From Terriglobales bacterium (GTDB taxonomy: Bacteria > Acidobacteriota > Terriglobia > Terriglobales > Acidobacteriaceae), in NCBI GenBank assembly GCA_049300475.1, contig JBAQJU010000335.1, positions 10,578 to 74,577 on the forward strand: a stretch of 64,000 bases of DNA. The letters run 5' to 3'. The notes under the pieces are model-generated. The model had not been told where the DNA came from and searched no databases. It worked only from the letters and a program-made list of their open reading frames with translations. Made by a program: the position numbers and the translations under genes. Numbering within the stretch: position 1 is the first letter of the stretch; the number at the start of each line of letters is the position of its first letter. Positions 38,169 to 47,374 of the stretch are shown here, piece by piece.

Positions 38169-39902
38169 GTGATGGGAGTCACCGCGACGGGAAGGCCCGC
38201 CGGACTAGGCTTACCTTGGTTAGCCAATCCCATGCTGGATCCGTCAGCCATCGAAGCTGGACTTCGCCACCTCGCGCCGGAACAGCTCCGCAATGCTCTC
38301 GGAAATTTCTTGCCCAAACATGGCACCGCGGCAGAGAAAATCGCTGCCATCGAAAGCGGGCTCCGCAGTCCCATGGGCCAAGCCTTGCGGGACGCAATGG
38401 CGAGGTGGATTGTTGACGAGATTGTCCCGGTGGAACGCCTGGTTCCCGAGGCCTACCTGAAGTGGCGTCCTCCGGTACGGGACGCCATGATGTTCGTGGT
38501 GGCCAGGCTCTCCGCGGCGCGCCTTGCGCCCAAGCTGCTTGAGCAAATCGAACTCCCCGAAAGCACGTCGCCTGAAGCACGCTTGCTGCGGCTGATCGCA
38601 AAAGTGCCGGGGCTGCAAAAACTGGGACAAGTCATCGCCCGAAACCAGAACCTGCGTCCCGCTCTGCGCCGTGCGTTGGGGCGCCTGGAAAATGGAATTC
38701 GCGACGTCGCACCCGCGGAGATAGGCGCCATCATCCGGCGGGCTCTGGGATCGCGCGTCGCGAAGTACCAGGTCAGGATCGCGCCGGCTATTCTCTCCGA
38801 GGCCAGCGTCAGCGCGGTCATGCGTTTCACATGGCACAACCCGGAAAGCGGCCGGCGTGAACGTGGCGTTTTCAAAGTTCTGAAGCCGCACATTCCGGAA
38901 TACTTTGCCGAGGACATGGATTACTTGCAGGGACTCGCTCAGTACTTCGGAGACCGGCACCACAGCTACGGATTTCCGGCGGACCTTCTACCCGATACTT
39001 TCAAGAAAGTCCGGCGCTTGCTTCGCCACGAGGTGAACTTTGCCCGGGAACAGAAGACGCTGATCGAAGCGGCGGCCCTCTATCAACACATCTCCGGTGT
39101 GCGCGTGCCGCGTTTGATTCCGCCGCTCTGTACCCCCAGCATCACAGCGCTCACAGAAGAGCGCGGGATCAAGGTAACGAGCGCAGCCGCCCGTCTTCCC
39201 GCCTCGGGGCGGACGAAAGTCGCGGAGCAAATTATCGAAGCGCTGGTTGCCATCCCGCTTTTTTCGGCCCATGAGAATGCGATTTTCCACGGCGATCCCC
39301 ACGCCGGCAATTTGCTCTATGACAACCGTACGGGCGAGTTGGTCATCCTGGATTGGGCGCTGCGCGAGCGCCTGACGCGCGAGCAGCGGCGCCACCTGGC
39401 GCTCCTGATCCTGATGGTGAGCCTGCGCGATCCGGTGGGCGCCAGCACCGAGATCCGGGCGCTCAGCCAGCATCAAATCCACAGCAACTCGCCGCGAGGT
39501 CACATGATTCGCGAGACCGTCGCAGCCTATCTCGATGAACTGCCCGTGACGAGTCTGCCCAGCGGCACGGACGCCATGCGCTTGCTGGAACGCATCGCGC
39601 TGAAGGACGTGAAGTTCCCCGGCCCGCTGATTATGCTGTCGAAGGTGATCTTTACGCTGGATGGGATTTTGCGCGACATTGGCGGCTCCAGCAAAGGGAT
39701 GGGTCTTACGATCGCACGCCACGTCGCCGAGGATTGGATCGGCAATCAAAGCGCATTCCGCTCGCCTCTTAAAATCCGGGACTGGGCCACGCTGCAATGC
39801 AGCGCATTACTGTGCTCGAGCCGCTGGGCGCTGCGCGCCGAACAGGCCATAGTCAATCGCCTGCTGCCCGCCCGATCACAGGCGTCCCAGGCCTCCGCGT
39901 GA
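38169..39902 (+). CDS. ABC1/UbiB-family atypical kinase
   Basis: 577 aa. GVFKVLKPHIPEYFAEDMDYL and IFHGDPHAGNLLYD are ABC1 kinase-like motifs. Confidence 0.8.
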   Translation: MMGVTATGRPAGLGLPWLANPMLDPSAIEAGLRHLAPEQLRNALGNFLPKHGTAAEKIAAIESGLRSPMGQALRDAMARWIVDEIVPVERLVPEAYLKWRPPVRDAMMFVVARLSAARLAPKLLEQIELPESTSPEARLLRLIAKVPGLQKLGQVIARNQNLRPALRRALGRLENGIRDVAPAEIGAIIRRALGSRVAKYQVRIAPAILSEASVSAVMRFTWHNPESGRRERGVFKVLKPHIPEYFAEDMDYLQGLAQYFGDRHHSYGFPADLLPDTFKKVRRLLRHEVNFAREQKTLIEAAALYQHISGVRVPRLIPPLCTPSITALTEERGIKVTSAAARLPASGRTKVAEQIIEALVAIPLFSAHENAIFHGDPHAGNLLYDNRTGELVILDWALRERLTREQRRHLALLILMVSLRDPVGASTEIRALSQHQIHSNSPRGHMIRETVAAYLDELPVTSLPSGTDAMRLLERIALKDVKFPGPLIMLSKVIFTLDGILRDIGGSSKGMGLTIARHVAEDWIGNQSAFRSPLKIRDWATLQCSALLCSSRWALRAEQAIVNRLLPARSQASQASA

Positions 39903-39906
39903 AAAT

Positions 39907-39947
39907 GGCGTCTTCGAGCGAAAATACGTCTTTCGCTCGAAGACGCC
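39907..39947. terminator. Perfect 17-bp inverted repeat between convergent genes (likely bidirectional terminator)
   Basis: GGCGTCTTCGAGCGAAA atacgtc TTTCGCTCGAAGACGCC. It starts 5 nt after the kinase stop and lies 88 nt after the phasin-like stop. Only a short U run (AUUUUC) follows, on the minus strand. Confidence 0.55.
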
Positions 39948-40034
39948 TCGGCGGGAGCGCCGATTTCGCAGGGCCGGGCAATTCGCCGCGTACCAAACGC
40001 GAGGCGAACTAATCAGTGATCATCGCGGCACGTG

Positions 40035-40955
40035 TCAGGCAGTTGCCGCAACCGCAGCCCGCTTTGCTCGAACCGAACGCTTCCCATGATGCTCAGTCTT
40101 GGCCGCGTGCCGGCCGTTCGTCGGCTTTGTGATAACGTCCATCAAAGCCCTCTGGGCATCCACGTAGCTTTTCACGCCTTCGCGAGTCAGTTCGGCCAGC
40201 GGGAGTAAGGGAAATGGCCGCAGGAGTTCCAGCGTCTTGCCCGCCGTTTTCACGTTGGCGTTCATCTGCTGTCCAGCCACGTCAACGAGTTTCTTCTGGG
40301 CCTCGATGAGCGAGTCTGTGGTCTGGCGTGCCACCACAGCCAACTCCGTCTTCTTCGTGGTCTTCTTGCCGCCCTCGGCATGTTTGGCGCCGGTCGCCTT
40401 GGCGGTCTCGTCGGCCACTACGTCCAGGAACTGCTTCTGCGCTTTCACGAACGTGTCCATACCCTCGCGGGCCAACTGCACGATGTGCTCAGGCTGGTAT
40501 GGCTTGCCGGACTTGGCAGCTTGCACCCAGGTGTGGGTCTGCTTTTCGGCAATCTTCAAGAACTCCTGTTGCATGTGGATGAAAGTCTCCACGCTGCGCC
40601 GCAGGAGATCGATGGCGGCAAGGCGCCGGGGGCAATCGCCCACCCGCTCTCTTACGCCGTTCAGGAGGATTTCGTTCTGCTGCTTGCCCAGTTCAAGAAG
40701 AATTTTTTGTCCTTCGATAAAGTTTGTCATGCCTTCCCCAGCGACTTCACTGAGAATGGCGGAGGGAGAATGATGAGGATCGGACAACTGCTCCCGGACA
40801 GCATGCATTACATTTGCATTCTGCCGCATCGCAAGGTCCAGCATGATCCTCTGCGTGGCAAAGAAAGTCTGGACGCCCTGTTGAGCCCAACCCGATAGAA
40901 TAGAGACAAAGGAAGATTCCCGAGGATGAGTCTCGGTCCTGTTGGCAACTGGCAT
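40035..40955 (-). CDS. Six-repeat amphipathic-helix protein, phasin-like by context
   Basis: 306 aa. Six ~33-aa repeats share the pattern G-[VM]-x-[TS]-[FY]-[IV]-x-x-Q-[KR]-x-[LF]-[LVM]-[DE]-[LV]. It is divergent from phaR. GGAGGT is the ribosome-binding site. Confidence 0.5.
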   Translation of the reverse strand: MPVANRTETHPRESSFVSILSGWAQQGVQTFFATQRIMLDLAMRQNANVMHAVREQLSDPHHSPSAILSEVAGEGMTNFIEGQKILLELGKQQNEILLNGVRERVGDCPRRLAAIDLLRRSVETFIHMQQEFLKIAEKQTHTWVQAAKSGKPYQPEHIVQLAREGMDTFVKAQKQFLDVVADETAKATGAKHAEGGKKTTKKTELAVVARQTTDSLIEAQKKLVDVAGQQMNANVKTAGKTLELLRPFPLLPLAELTREGVKSYVDAQRALMDVITKPTNGRHAAKTEHHGKRSVRAKRAAVAATA

Positions 40956-40970
40956 ATGGTACCTCCGAAT

Positions 40971-40985
40971 TGCTGCACTGCAGCA
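40971..40985. promoter_or_regulatory. TGC-rich palindrome, candidate PhaR operator
   Basis: TGCTGCA c TGCAGCA is a perfect inverted repeat. It lies 16 nt upstream of the phasin-like ATG, in the 138-bp divergent region shared with phaR. Confidence 0.4.
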
Positions 40986-41093
40986 TCAACTAAAATATAC
41001 GATTCATGGAGAATTGTGTCAAGATGTACTTGTTGATATATGCGGAGCAGCATCGGCAATGGAAGAAAGCGCGGGAAACAGTATGAGGGCACG

Positions 41094-41627
41094 ATGAAAC
41101 CCGCTGTCGTCCAGATCAAGAAATATGGGAATCGCCGGTTGTACGATACGGCCGGCAGCCGCTATGTGAATCTGGAAGCAATTGCCGCCCTCATTCGCGA
41201 GGGGAAGCAGGTTCAGATCGTCGACGCGAAAACCGGGCAGGACCTGACACGGGTTACGCTGACCCAAATCATCACCGAAGACGCCAAGGACAAGCCCACC
41301 GGCTTGCCTCTGGAGTTGCTCCGCCAGCTCATCATCGCTTCCGACGAGGTACGGCAGGAGTTCGTGATGTGGTATCTCAAATCCGCCTTCGACTCCTACC
41401 AGAAAGTGCAGGACGCAGTGCAAAACCGGCTGGGTGAAGTGCAATCTGCAATTCTGTCGCCGGTGGAAACCATGCAGCGATTCCTGGGCAAGCCGGCGCC
41501 AGCGCAGCCGCGAGTTGAGGCCGAGCCGGAATTGGACACTCTGCGGAAACGCGTGGCTGAGTTGGAAGCGAAGCTGCGCAAGCCCGCGCGAAAACGGCGC
41601 ACCAAAGCGAAGGCGAAGCGAGGTTAA
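41094..41627 (+). CDS. phaR: Polyhydroxyalkanoate synthesis repressor PhaR
   Basis: IKKYGNRRLYDTAGSRYVNLEAIAALIREGKQVQIVDAKTGQDLTRVTLTQII is the PHB_acc_N/PhaR signature. ATG 41094 has GAGGG upstream. Confidence 0.85.
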   Translation: MKPAVVQIKKYGNRRLYDTAGSRYVNLEAIAALIREGKQVQIVDAKTGQDLTRVTLTQIITEDAKDKPTGLPLELLRQLIIASDEVRQEFVMWYLKSAFDSYQKVQDAVQNRLGEVQSAILSPVETMQRFLGKPAPAQPRVEAEPELDTLRKRVAELEAKLRKPARKRRTKAKAKRG

Positions 41628-41750
41628 TGCGCTTGATTCCGCGCTGGTAAGGCTCGGGTACCCGAATATGCTATGGAGCGGGCCCCGGCGCAAAGGATAT
41701 AATCCGGCGGGACAAAACTCGGACGCCAGTGCGCATTCAGTCCAGAATAC

Positions 41751-41780
41751 AGTCAGGGTTTAAATAGTCAGGGTTTAAAT
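41751..41780. repeat. Perfect 15-bp tandem duplication
   Basis: AGTCAGGGTTTAAAT x 2. It abuts the TTG start of the hydrolase ORF. Confidence 0.9.
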
Positions 41781-42583
41781 TGGTCAAACGGCAAAAAGCC
41801 AGCGGTCGATCAAAGCGCTCGATCCGGGACTCTAAGGTAATCTCTCACTCAAACCACAGCACCTCCATTTGGACCGAGGCTTTGTTCGGCGCCGAGGTTC
41901 TTCTGCTGCACGCGACCCCGGTTTATTACGGCTTCGGCGTGCCCCGTGGCGATGGGTCAGCGGTGGTCATCATTCCTGGGTTCCTGGGCACCGATCTTTA
42001 CCTTACGGAGCTCCACGGCTGGCTTGAGCGGATCGGATATCGCCCCTATTTCTCGGGCATCGGGATCAACGCCGAATGCCCAAACCTCCTGGTTCAGCGT
42101 CATCTGAACGAGACGGTCAAAAGGGCCCTGCGCGAGACTGGCCGCAAAATTCACCTGATCGGTCACAGCCTTGGGGGCGTGATTGCACGCTCGATCGCCG
42201 GGGAGAGGCCGAAAGACATCGCTTCCGTGATCACGCTGGCTTCGCCGATTCGCGGCACCGTAGCGAGCCGGGCGGTTCTGCACGCCGCGGAGGTGGTTCG
42301 TTTGCGGATCCTGAGTGAGCATGGAAGCCGCGTGCTTCCCGGTTGCTACACCGGGCGTTGCACCTGCAATTTCGTCGATTCCCTGAGGCGCGACATTCCG
42401 GATGCGGTGGTCGAAACCGCGATTTACACGCGCCACGACGGCATCGTGGACTGGCGCTATTGCATGACCAAGAGGCCGGAAGTCGACTTTGAAGTGCCGG
42501 GCACGCACATTGGCATGGCGTTCAATCCGGCCGCCTACTCGATCATCGCGGAGCGCCTGGCGATGACTCATTCTTCCGACTAA
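41780..42583 (+). CDS. Alpha/beta hydrolase (lipase/esterase-like)
   Basis: HLIGHSLGGVIARS is a nucleophile elbow (GxSxG). The start codon is uncertain. Confidence 0.7.
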   Translation: MVKRQKASGRSKRSIRDSKVISHSNHSTSIWTEALFGAEVLLLHATPVYYGFGVPRGDGSAVVIIPGFLGTDLYLTELHGWLERIGYRPYFSGIGINAECPNLLVQRHLNETVKRALRETGRKIHLIGHSLGGVIARSIAGERPKDIASVITLASPIRGTVASRAVLHAAEVVRLRILSEHGSRVLPGCYTGRCTCNFVDSLRRDIPDAVVETAIYTRHDGIVDWRYCMTKRPEVDFEVPGTHIGMAFNPAAYSIIAERLAMTHSSD

Positions 42584-42908
42584 GTCAGCTCCAGCCATCG
42601 TGATTCTTGGGGAACCTCAAGAAGGACTTCCTTCGCTCTGCGTGGCGCGCAGCCTGCCTCTCCCGCTCCTGAAGTGTGCAAATTAGTGCTTCTCTGTTGT
42701 CCAAGATGATGAAACTAGATGCGCACAAGGGCACATTTCCGGGGAATCATCATTTTCTCCATTGACATGCCCGCCGACCTGAGCCATGATGGCCTCACGC
42801 TCAGGAAGAAGTACCCCCGCTCCGGCCAAGCGCTTAGCCGACACATCCCCAAGAGACAATTCCCCCTTACTTCAGCTGGATCGCTACAAACCCCAGGAGT
42901 AAGCTGCC

Positions 42909-43379
42909 ATGAAAAAGACCCTGTTCGTACTTAGTCTGATAACTCTGACCAGCCTGAGCGCGAACGCCACTCCCAAGCCCAAGTTCTACAGTTTTGGCCT
43001 TAGCGGCTACTGCGATACCTTTAGTTTTTACACCTATCCTGCCTATGTAGGCGCACCCGCAATTGCGATTAGCGGACAGCACCATTGCGGTCACTTTCCC
43101 ATCGAGAATGTGGGTGGATTCGTTCATGCTCTGTCTTCTTACTATCAGGTTGGCACGGGAACGGTCTTTGATTTTCACGACGCCGAATATTCGGATTGGT
43201 ACGGCGAGACCGGATACGACACTAACTGGATCGTCGACTGGAAAGCCGGTACCTGGGTCATGTACGTGAACAACGGCGGCATGAGCTATTACTTTGTTAA
43301 CTCAGGCACAATCACCGTCGGCTATACCGGTCAGGCTAAAACTCAGGCTGCTGAAGACAAGCCGGCCTCTCGGCGATAG
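42909..43379 (+). CDS. Small secreted hypothetical protein
   Basis: Signal peptide MKKTLFVLSLITLTSLSANA. GGAG lies upstream of the ATG. No family was recognised. Confidence 0.5.
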   Translation: MKKTLFVLSLITLTSLSANATPKPKFYSFGLSGYCDTFSFYTYPAYVGAPAIAISGQHHCGHFPIENVGGFVHALSSYYQVGTGTVFDFHDAEYSDWYGETGYDTNWIVDWKAGTWVMYVNNGGMSYYFVNSGTITVGYTGQAKTQAAEDKPASRR

Positions 43380-43403
43380 TGCGGCGGTAGGTGCAAGCAT
43401 AAC

Positions 43404-46400
43404 TTAGAACGTAACACGTACTCCAAACTCGATTTGCCTGGGAGCCCCGTTCGCGTATGTTCCCGAACCCGGCAGAACCCGGTCCAGACGGGACGTGCAG
43501 AACGACGTGCTGTTGCCGCACACGCCGGGGGAAGTGGAATTATTCAGCGAAGTGCCTGGAGCGCCGTCCAGCACTCCACTCAATTGGCCTCCCGGCCCTC
43601 CGAAGTTGGCGAGGTTGAACACGTTGAAGACAGCGAAGTTGGGCTCAATCTTCATGCGCTCGCCGAAGGCGAACGGCCAACTAAAGCGCATGTCTATGGT
43701 CTTCAGCCAGGTTTCTTGGGCGGCGCGGCCCGGCAAACCGCAACTGGGAGTGGGCGGGGTGCACGACGAAATCAACGGAGCATAAGCGCCCAGCGTCTGC
43801 ATTTGAAGTGCGCTGAACAGCCCCGCGCCGACCAGATCCTGGCCTGCGGGCGTCAATCGCCCGGCGAAATTCCGGTTGTAATTGGTAATCACGCCGTCCA
43901 ACTTGTTGTTCGCGTATTTTCCGGGGCTGCCAATATTGGTGTCCGGCAGAAGGTCGCCTACGGTTCCGTCGCCGGTGATGTCGCTGCGGAAAATTTCTCC
44001 GGCCACTCCGCCGCCATTCATCTGTGGAATATACACACTCAACGGAAGCGGGGATGCCAGCAGCGTGATGAGGGAAAGCTGCGGTCCGTGCGGCATTTCG
44101 AAGGTTGGCGTAAAGACAATCTGGTGGGTGCGGTCTAACCCTGACGAGCCGAAATGGGAGAAATGCGGGCGGTTGTAGTCCTCGGCGACCGAGAGCGTCG
44201 AATAATCGCCGCCGCTGCCGTCAGGCGAGGCGATATTGGTGCGATAGCGCGAGAGCGTGTAGGAAAGCGCCAGGTCAACCTTGCGCACGCGGCGCAGCGC
44301 CATGGGTCCGCTCGAAGTGTGATAAATGAAATGAATGGCTTGATACTGCGAACGTCCGGAGGGGAAGTACATGATGTTCGATCCCACCGCCGGATTGATA
44401 CCGCCGAATGAGGCCTGCAATGGCAGACCCGTCGAATGGTCGACCTTGCCTAGCACGGAGCAGGGAAATGGCCCGCAGAACGCATTCGAGGAATCCAGAC
44501 CATTGCGCGCGAAATCCACGATGCTCGCGCCCGGGACCGTCGAGATATAGCATTGCACCGCGGCCTGCGAACTGCCTCCCGCCGAGATTGCTGTCGGGCA
44601 CAAGCCATTCGTCAGCGGATTCGATGCGATCGTGCTATTGATCGCCCCAAGTTCAGCCCCATAAGTGTTCTGCGCAGGGTTCGGGAGGCTGCCATCGGTC
44701 AGGTACACCGCGTCGCCCACATGATTGGAGTCGATCCCGAGCGGAAACTGGGTTCCGAGTTCGCGCACATAGTCCACGGAGAACATGCTTCTCAGTCCCA
44801 ATTGACGCTCAATTCCTGCGCTCATGTGGACCACGCGCGGAGTCTTGTAGCCAGGCGCCAGCATGCCCCCGAAATTCGCCAGGCTGTTCGCCAATGAATA
44901 CACATTCGGCCCGCTGGTCACACTGGCTTGATTGGCCTGAAACTGCGATTGCAAATCCTGAATCGCCTGCGCAACCTGCACAGCTCCTTGCGAACCTGTC
45001 AGCGTGGCGCCCAGCGGTTGTCCGCAGATTTGTGTGGCAATATCGAGCCCACCCGCGGAAGTGACGATATCTGCGTGCCCCACCGCAGCGCTATCCGGAA
45101 ACAGCACCGACCCCGTCGGACAAAGCGTCAGGCTGCGGTTGTATTGTCCATTGGACAAGCGGTTGATGCGATCCTGATACGTGTTCTGGAGCAGGAAATT
45201 GTCAAAGAACATGCCGCCGCTCGCTCGCACCACCGTTCGGCCGTTGTGTCCCGGATCCCAAGCCACTCCGAGTTGGGGCGCAACGTCGTGGTACGGGCGG
45301 GTAATAGCCACGCCGAGCAATTGCTGATAGCCGATGCCGAACTGGGGGGGCTCGCCAAATTGATTAAGGATCAGATCGGTACCCGTGCATGGCGGAGAGG
45401 TCACGATGCTGGTATTGATCGCCGAACACGGAACCGGCGCCAGATCGCTGTCGGTGCGCCCCGTGTCGAGCACGTAGTTCACACCCACGGTGACATTGAG
45501 GTTGGGTAGCACATTGTACTTGTCGGACACGTGGCCCTCGAGCCGGGTGTCGACGTGGGCGCCGGTCGGGCGGTTGAACCCCGAGTTCTCACTGAAATTT
45601 CCCAAGCCGTTATAAATCGTGAACGTGCCCACCGGGTAGTTCAGAGGGTTGTCGGCGGCTCCGCGCGGGTCGCCCGCATACAACGGCAACAGATTGGGGT
45701 TTCCATTGATCGCCTGAATAGTCGCCAGCCCATTGGAACTCGTCACCGATGGCCCGTAATTTCCGGGCGCGAAATAGTCTCCCTGCCCGATGCGATGAGC
45801 AGCCGCCCCAAAACTCACTGTGTGCAACACCCTGACAGTCGTGCTGCTGTCGTAGCGCGCAAAAAGATCGCGCTGAACCGTCTGTCGTGGACCGGCGGTC
45901 GATGGTCCCAGCGAATACGAGCCGAGCTGCATATGGAAGGGCGCCAGCGGATCGACCACGGAAGCGGCCAGATCCGGAGTGATGGCGTTCACCATCTTCT
46001 GATAGCCGAAGCGCACGCTGTTGACGAACCGTCCGTGGTTCCAGTCCAGTCCGAAGGCGGCGGAGGGCACGTTGATCTGGTTGTGGAACGCCGAATTGCT
46101 GGTTCCGTAATTCGGCCCGATCTGGCCAGAGTTGTCATAGCCAAGCCGGACAAAAAACTTCATGTTCTCGTTGACGTTGTAATCCAGCCTGGCCAGCAGC
46201 AAATTTTCGCGGAAAAATGCGCTTCGCCGGGCCGTCGTGTTGAACAGTGGAGATCCATTGGATGACGGCAAAATCAAATCCTGCGACGGCATCGGCTGGC
46301 TGCCATCCTGCTTGGTGCGCTCTCCACTCACATACAGAAATGCCTTGTCCCTGATGACCGCACCACCAGCTCCAAATCCATATTGCTGCTGGCTGTAGTC

Positions 46401-47222
46401 CGAACTGCCCGAGGGGAATCCCGCCAGTCCTAGAAACTGCTCGCGCAAATTTCCAAACAGGTTACCGTGCCACTCGTCGCCAGTACCGGAGCGCGTCGTC
46501 GCGCGGACCGAGCCCATCGCGTTCAGCGACTGAAACGGCTGCGGCGTGACTCGCGAAACGACCACCTCGCGCACTCCCTCGGCCGGCAGATTCATCGTCG
46601 CCGCGCCCTTGGTCTCATCCATGATTTCAATTTCATCGGCGTCGAAGTGCGTCGTCCGTCCCTTGCTGCTGTCGATCGAAAGCGACTGAGTTCCGCTTTT
46701 GCCAGGCCCATAGATGGCGCCGTCCACCGCTTGCACCCCCGGAAAAATCTCCCCGGCGGTCAGATAGTTGCGTCCATTAATGGGCAGGTTTTCGGGAGCA
46801 TCGCCAGAGAACTGGCTCTCCAGCCGGGGCGGACCGGGATTGATCCAGTCCAGTTTGAAGTTGGCGGTTGCCGGCGCGCCTGCCACCACGGTGATATCGG
46901 TATCCGCCGGCACCATGTCGAGCCCATCCACGTGCACCGAATAAACGCCGGGAGAAAGCCGCTCAGTGACGTAGGATCCGTCCTTGCCCGCGCGGGTCAC
47001 ACCCCTGGTTTCGCCGGACTGCGAGCTGTAGGAAATTCGCGCGCCGTCAACCGGAATCCCATCTTCATCCAGCACCTTGCCCTGGATGGTGCCGGTGTTC
47101 GGATTTTCCCCCGTGGTTTCCTGCGCCCTCATTGCAGCCGCGGGAGCGAACGTGAACCAGATAAGAAAGATCAGGCCAAGGGGCAGAGAACGCCGAAAGC
47201 ACAAAGCAGACCATTGCAACAA
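43404..47222 (-). CDS. Giant outer-membrane beta-barrel protein with an N-terminal carboxypeptidase-regulatory-like domain (TonB-dependent-receptor-like)
   Basis: 1272 aa with a signal peptide. GTIQGKVLDEDGIPVDGARISY is CarboxypepD_reg-like. The C-terminus ends in an aromatic residue (...FGVRVTF), as in outer-membrane barrels. Confidence 0.8.
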   Translation of the reverse strand: MLQWSALCFRRSLPLGLIFLIWFTFAPAAAMRAQETTGENPNTGTIQGKVLDEDGIPVDGARISYSSQSGETRGVTRAGKDGSYVTERLSPGVYSVHVDGLDMVPADTDITVVAGAPATANFKLDWINPGPPRLESQFSGDAPENLPINGRNYLTAGEIFPGVQAVDGAIYGPGKSGTQSLSIDSSKGRTTHFDADEIEIMDETKGAATMNLPAEGVREVVVSRVTPQPFQSLNAMGSVRATTRSGTGDEWHGNLFGNLREQFLGLAGFPSGSSDYSQQQYGFGAGGAVIRDKAFLYVSGERTKQDGSQPMPSQDLILPSSNGSPLFNTTARRSAFFRENLLLARLDYNVNENMKFFVRLGYDNSGQIGPNYGTSNSAFHNQINVPSAAFGLDWNHGRFVNSVRFGYQKMVNAITPDLAASVVDPLAPFHMQLGSYSLGPSTAGPRQTVQRDLFARYDSSTTVRVLHTVSFGAAAHRIGQGDYFAPGNYGPSVTSSNGLATIQAINGNPNLLPLYAGDPRGAADNPLNYPVGTFTIYNGLGNFSENSGFNRPTGAHVDTRLEGHVSDKYNVLPNLNVTVGVNYVLDTGRTDSDLAPVPCSAINTSIVTSPPCTGTDLILNQFGEPPQFGIGYQQLLGVAITRPYHDVAPQLGVAWDPGHNGRTVVRASGGMFFDNFLLQNTYQDRINRLSNGQYNRSLTLCPTGSVLFPDSAAVGHADIVTSAGGLDIATQICGQPLGATLTGSQGAVQVAQAIQDLQSQFQANQASVTSGPNVYSLANSLANFGGMLAPGYKTPRVVHMSAGIERQLGLRSMFSVDYVRELGTQFPLGIDSNHVGDAVYLTDGSLPNPAQNTYGAELGAINSTIASNPLTNGLCPTAISAGGSSQAAVQCYISTVPGASIVDFARNGLDSSNAFCGPFPCSVLGKVDHSTGLPLQASFGGINPAVGSNIMYFPSGRSQYQAIHFIYHTSSGPMALRRVRKVDLALSYTLSRYRTNIASPDGSGGDYSTLSVAEDYNRPHFSHFGSSGLDRTHQIVFTPTFEMPHGPQLSLITLLASPLPLSVYIPQMNGGGVAGEIFRSDITGDGTVGDLLPDTNIGSPGKYANNKLDGVITNYNRNFAGRLTPAGQDLVGAGLFSALQMQTLGAYAPLISSCTPPTPSCGLPGRAAQETWLKTIDMRFSWPFAFGERMKIEPNFAVFNVFNLANFGGPGGQLSGVLDGAPGTSLNNSTSPGVCGNSTSFCTSRLDRVLPGSGTYANGAPRQIEFGVRVTF

Positions 47223-47374
47223 AGCGCCACTCTCCTGGGAGCAGAATCACCAAACAGCACGGGAACGATTCCGCGTCTAAAGGTCTTTAATTTCCACTGA
47301 AATGGAATAGAACATCTTACTAGATGCGGCCCCGCAACCGGCGCGATGCATGCGATTTTTGACAGGGGATTTCA

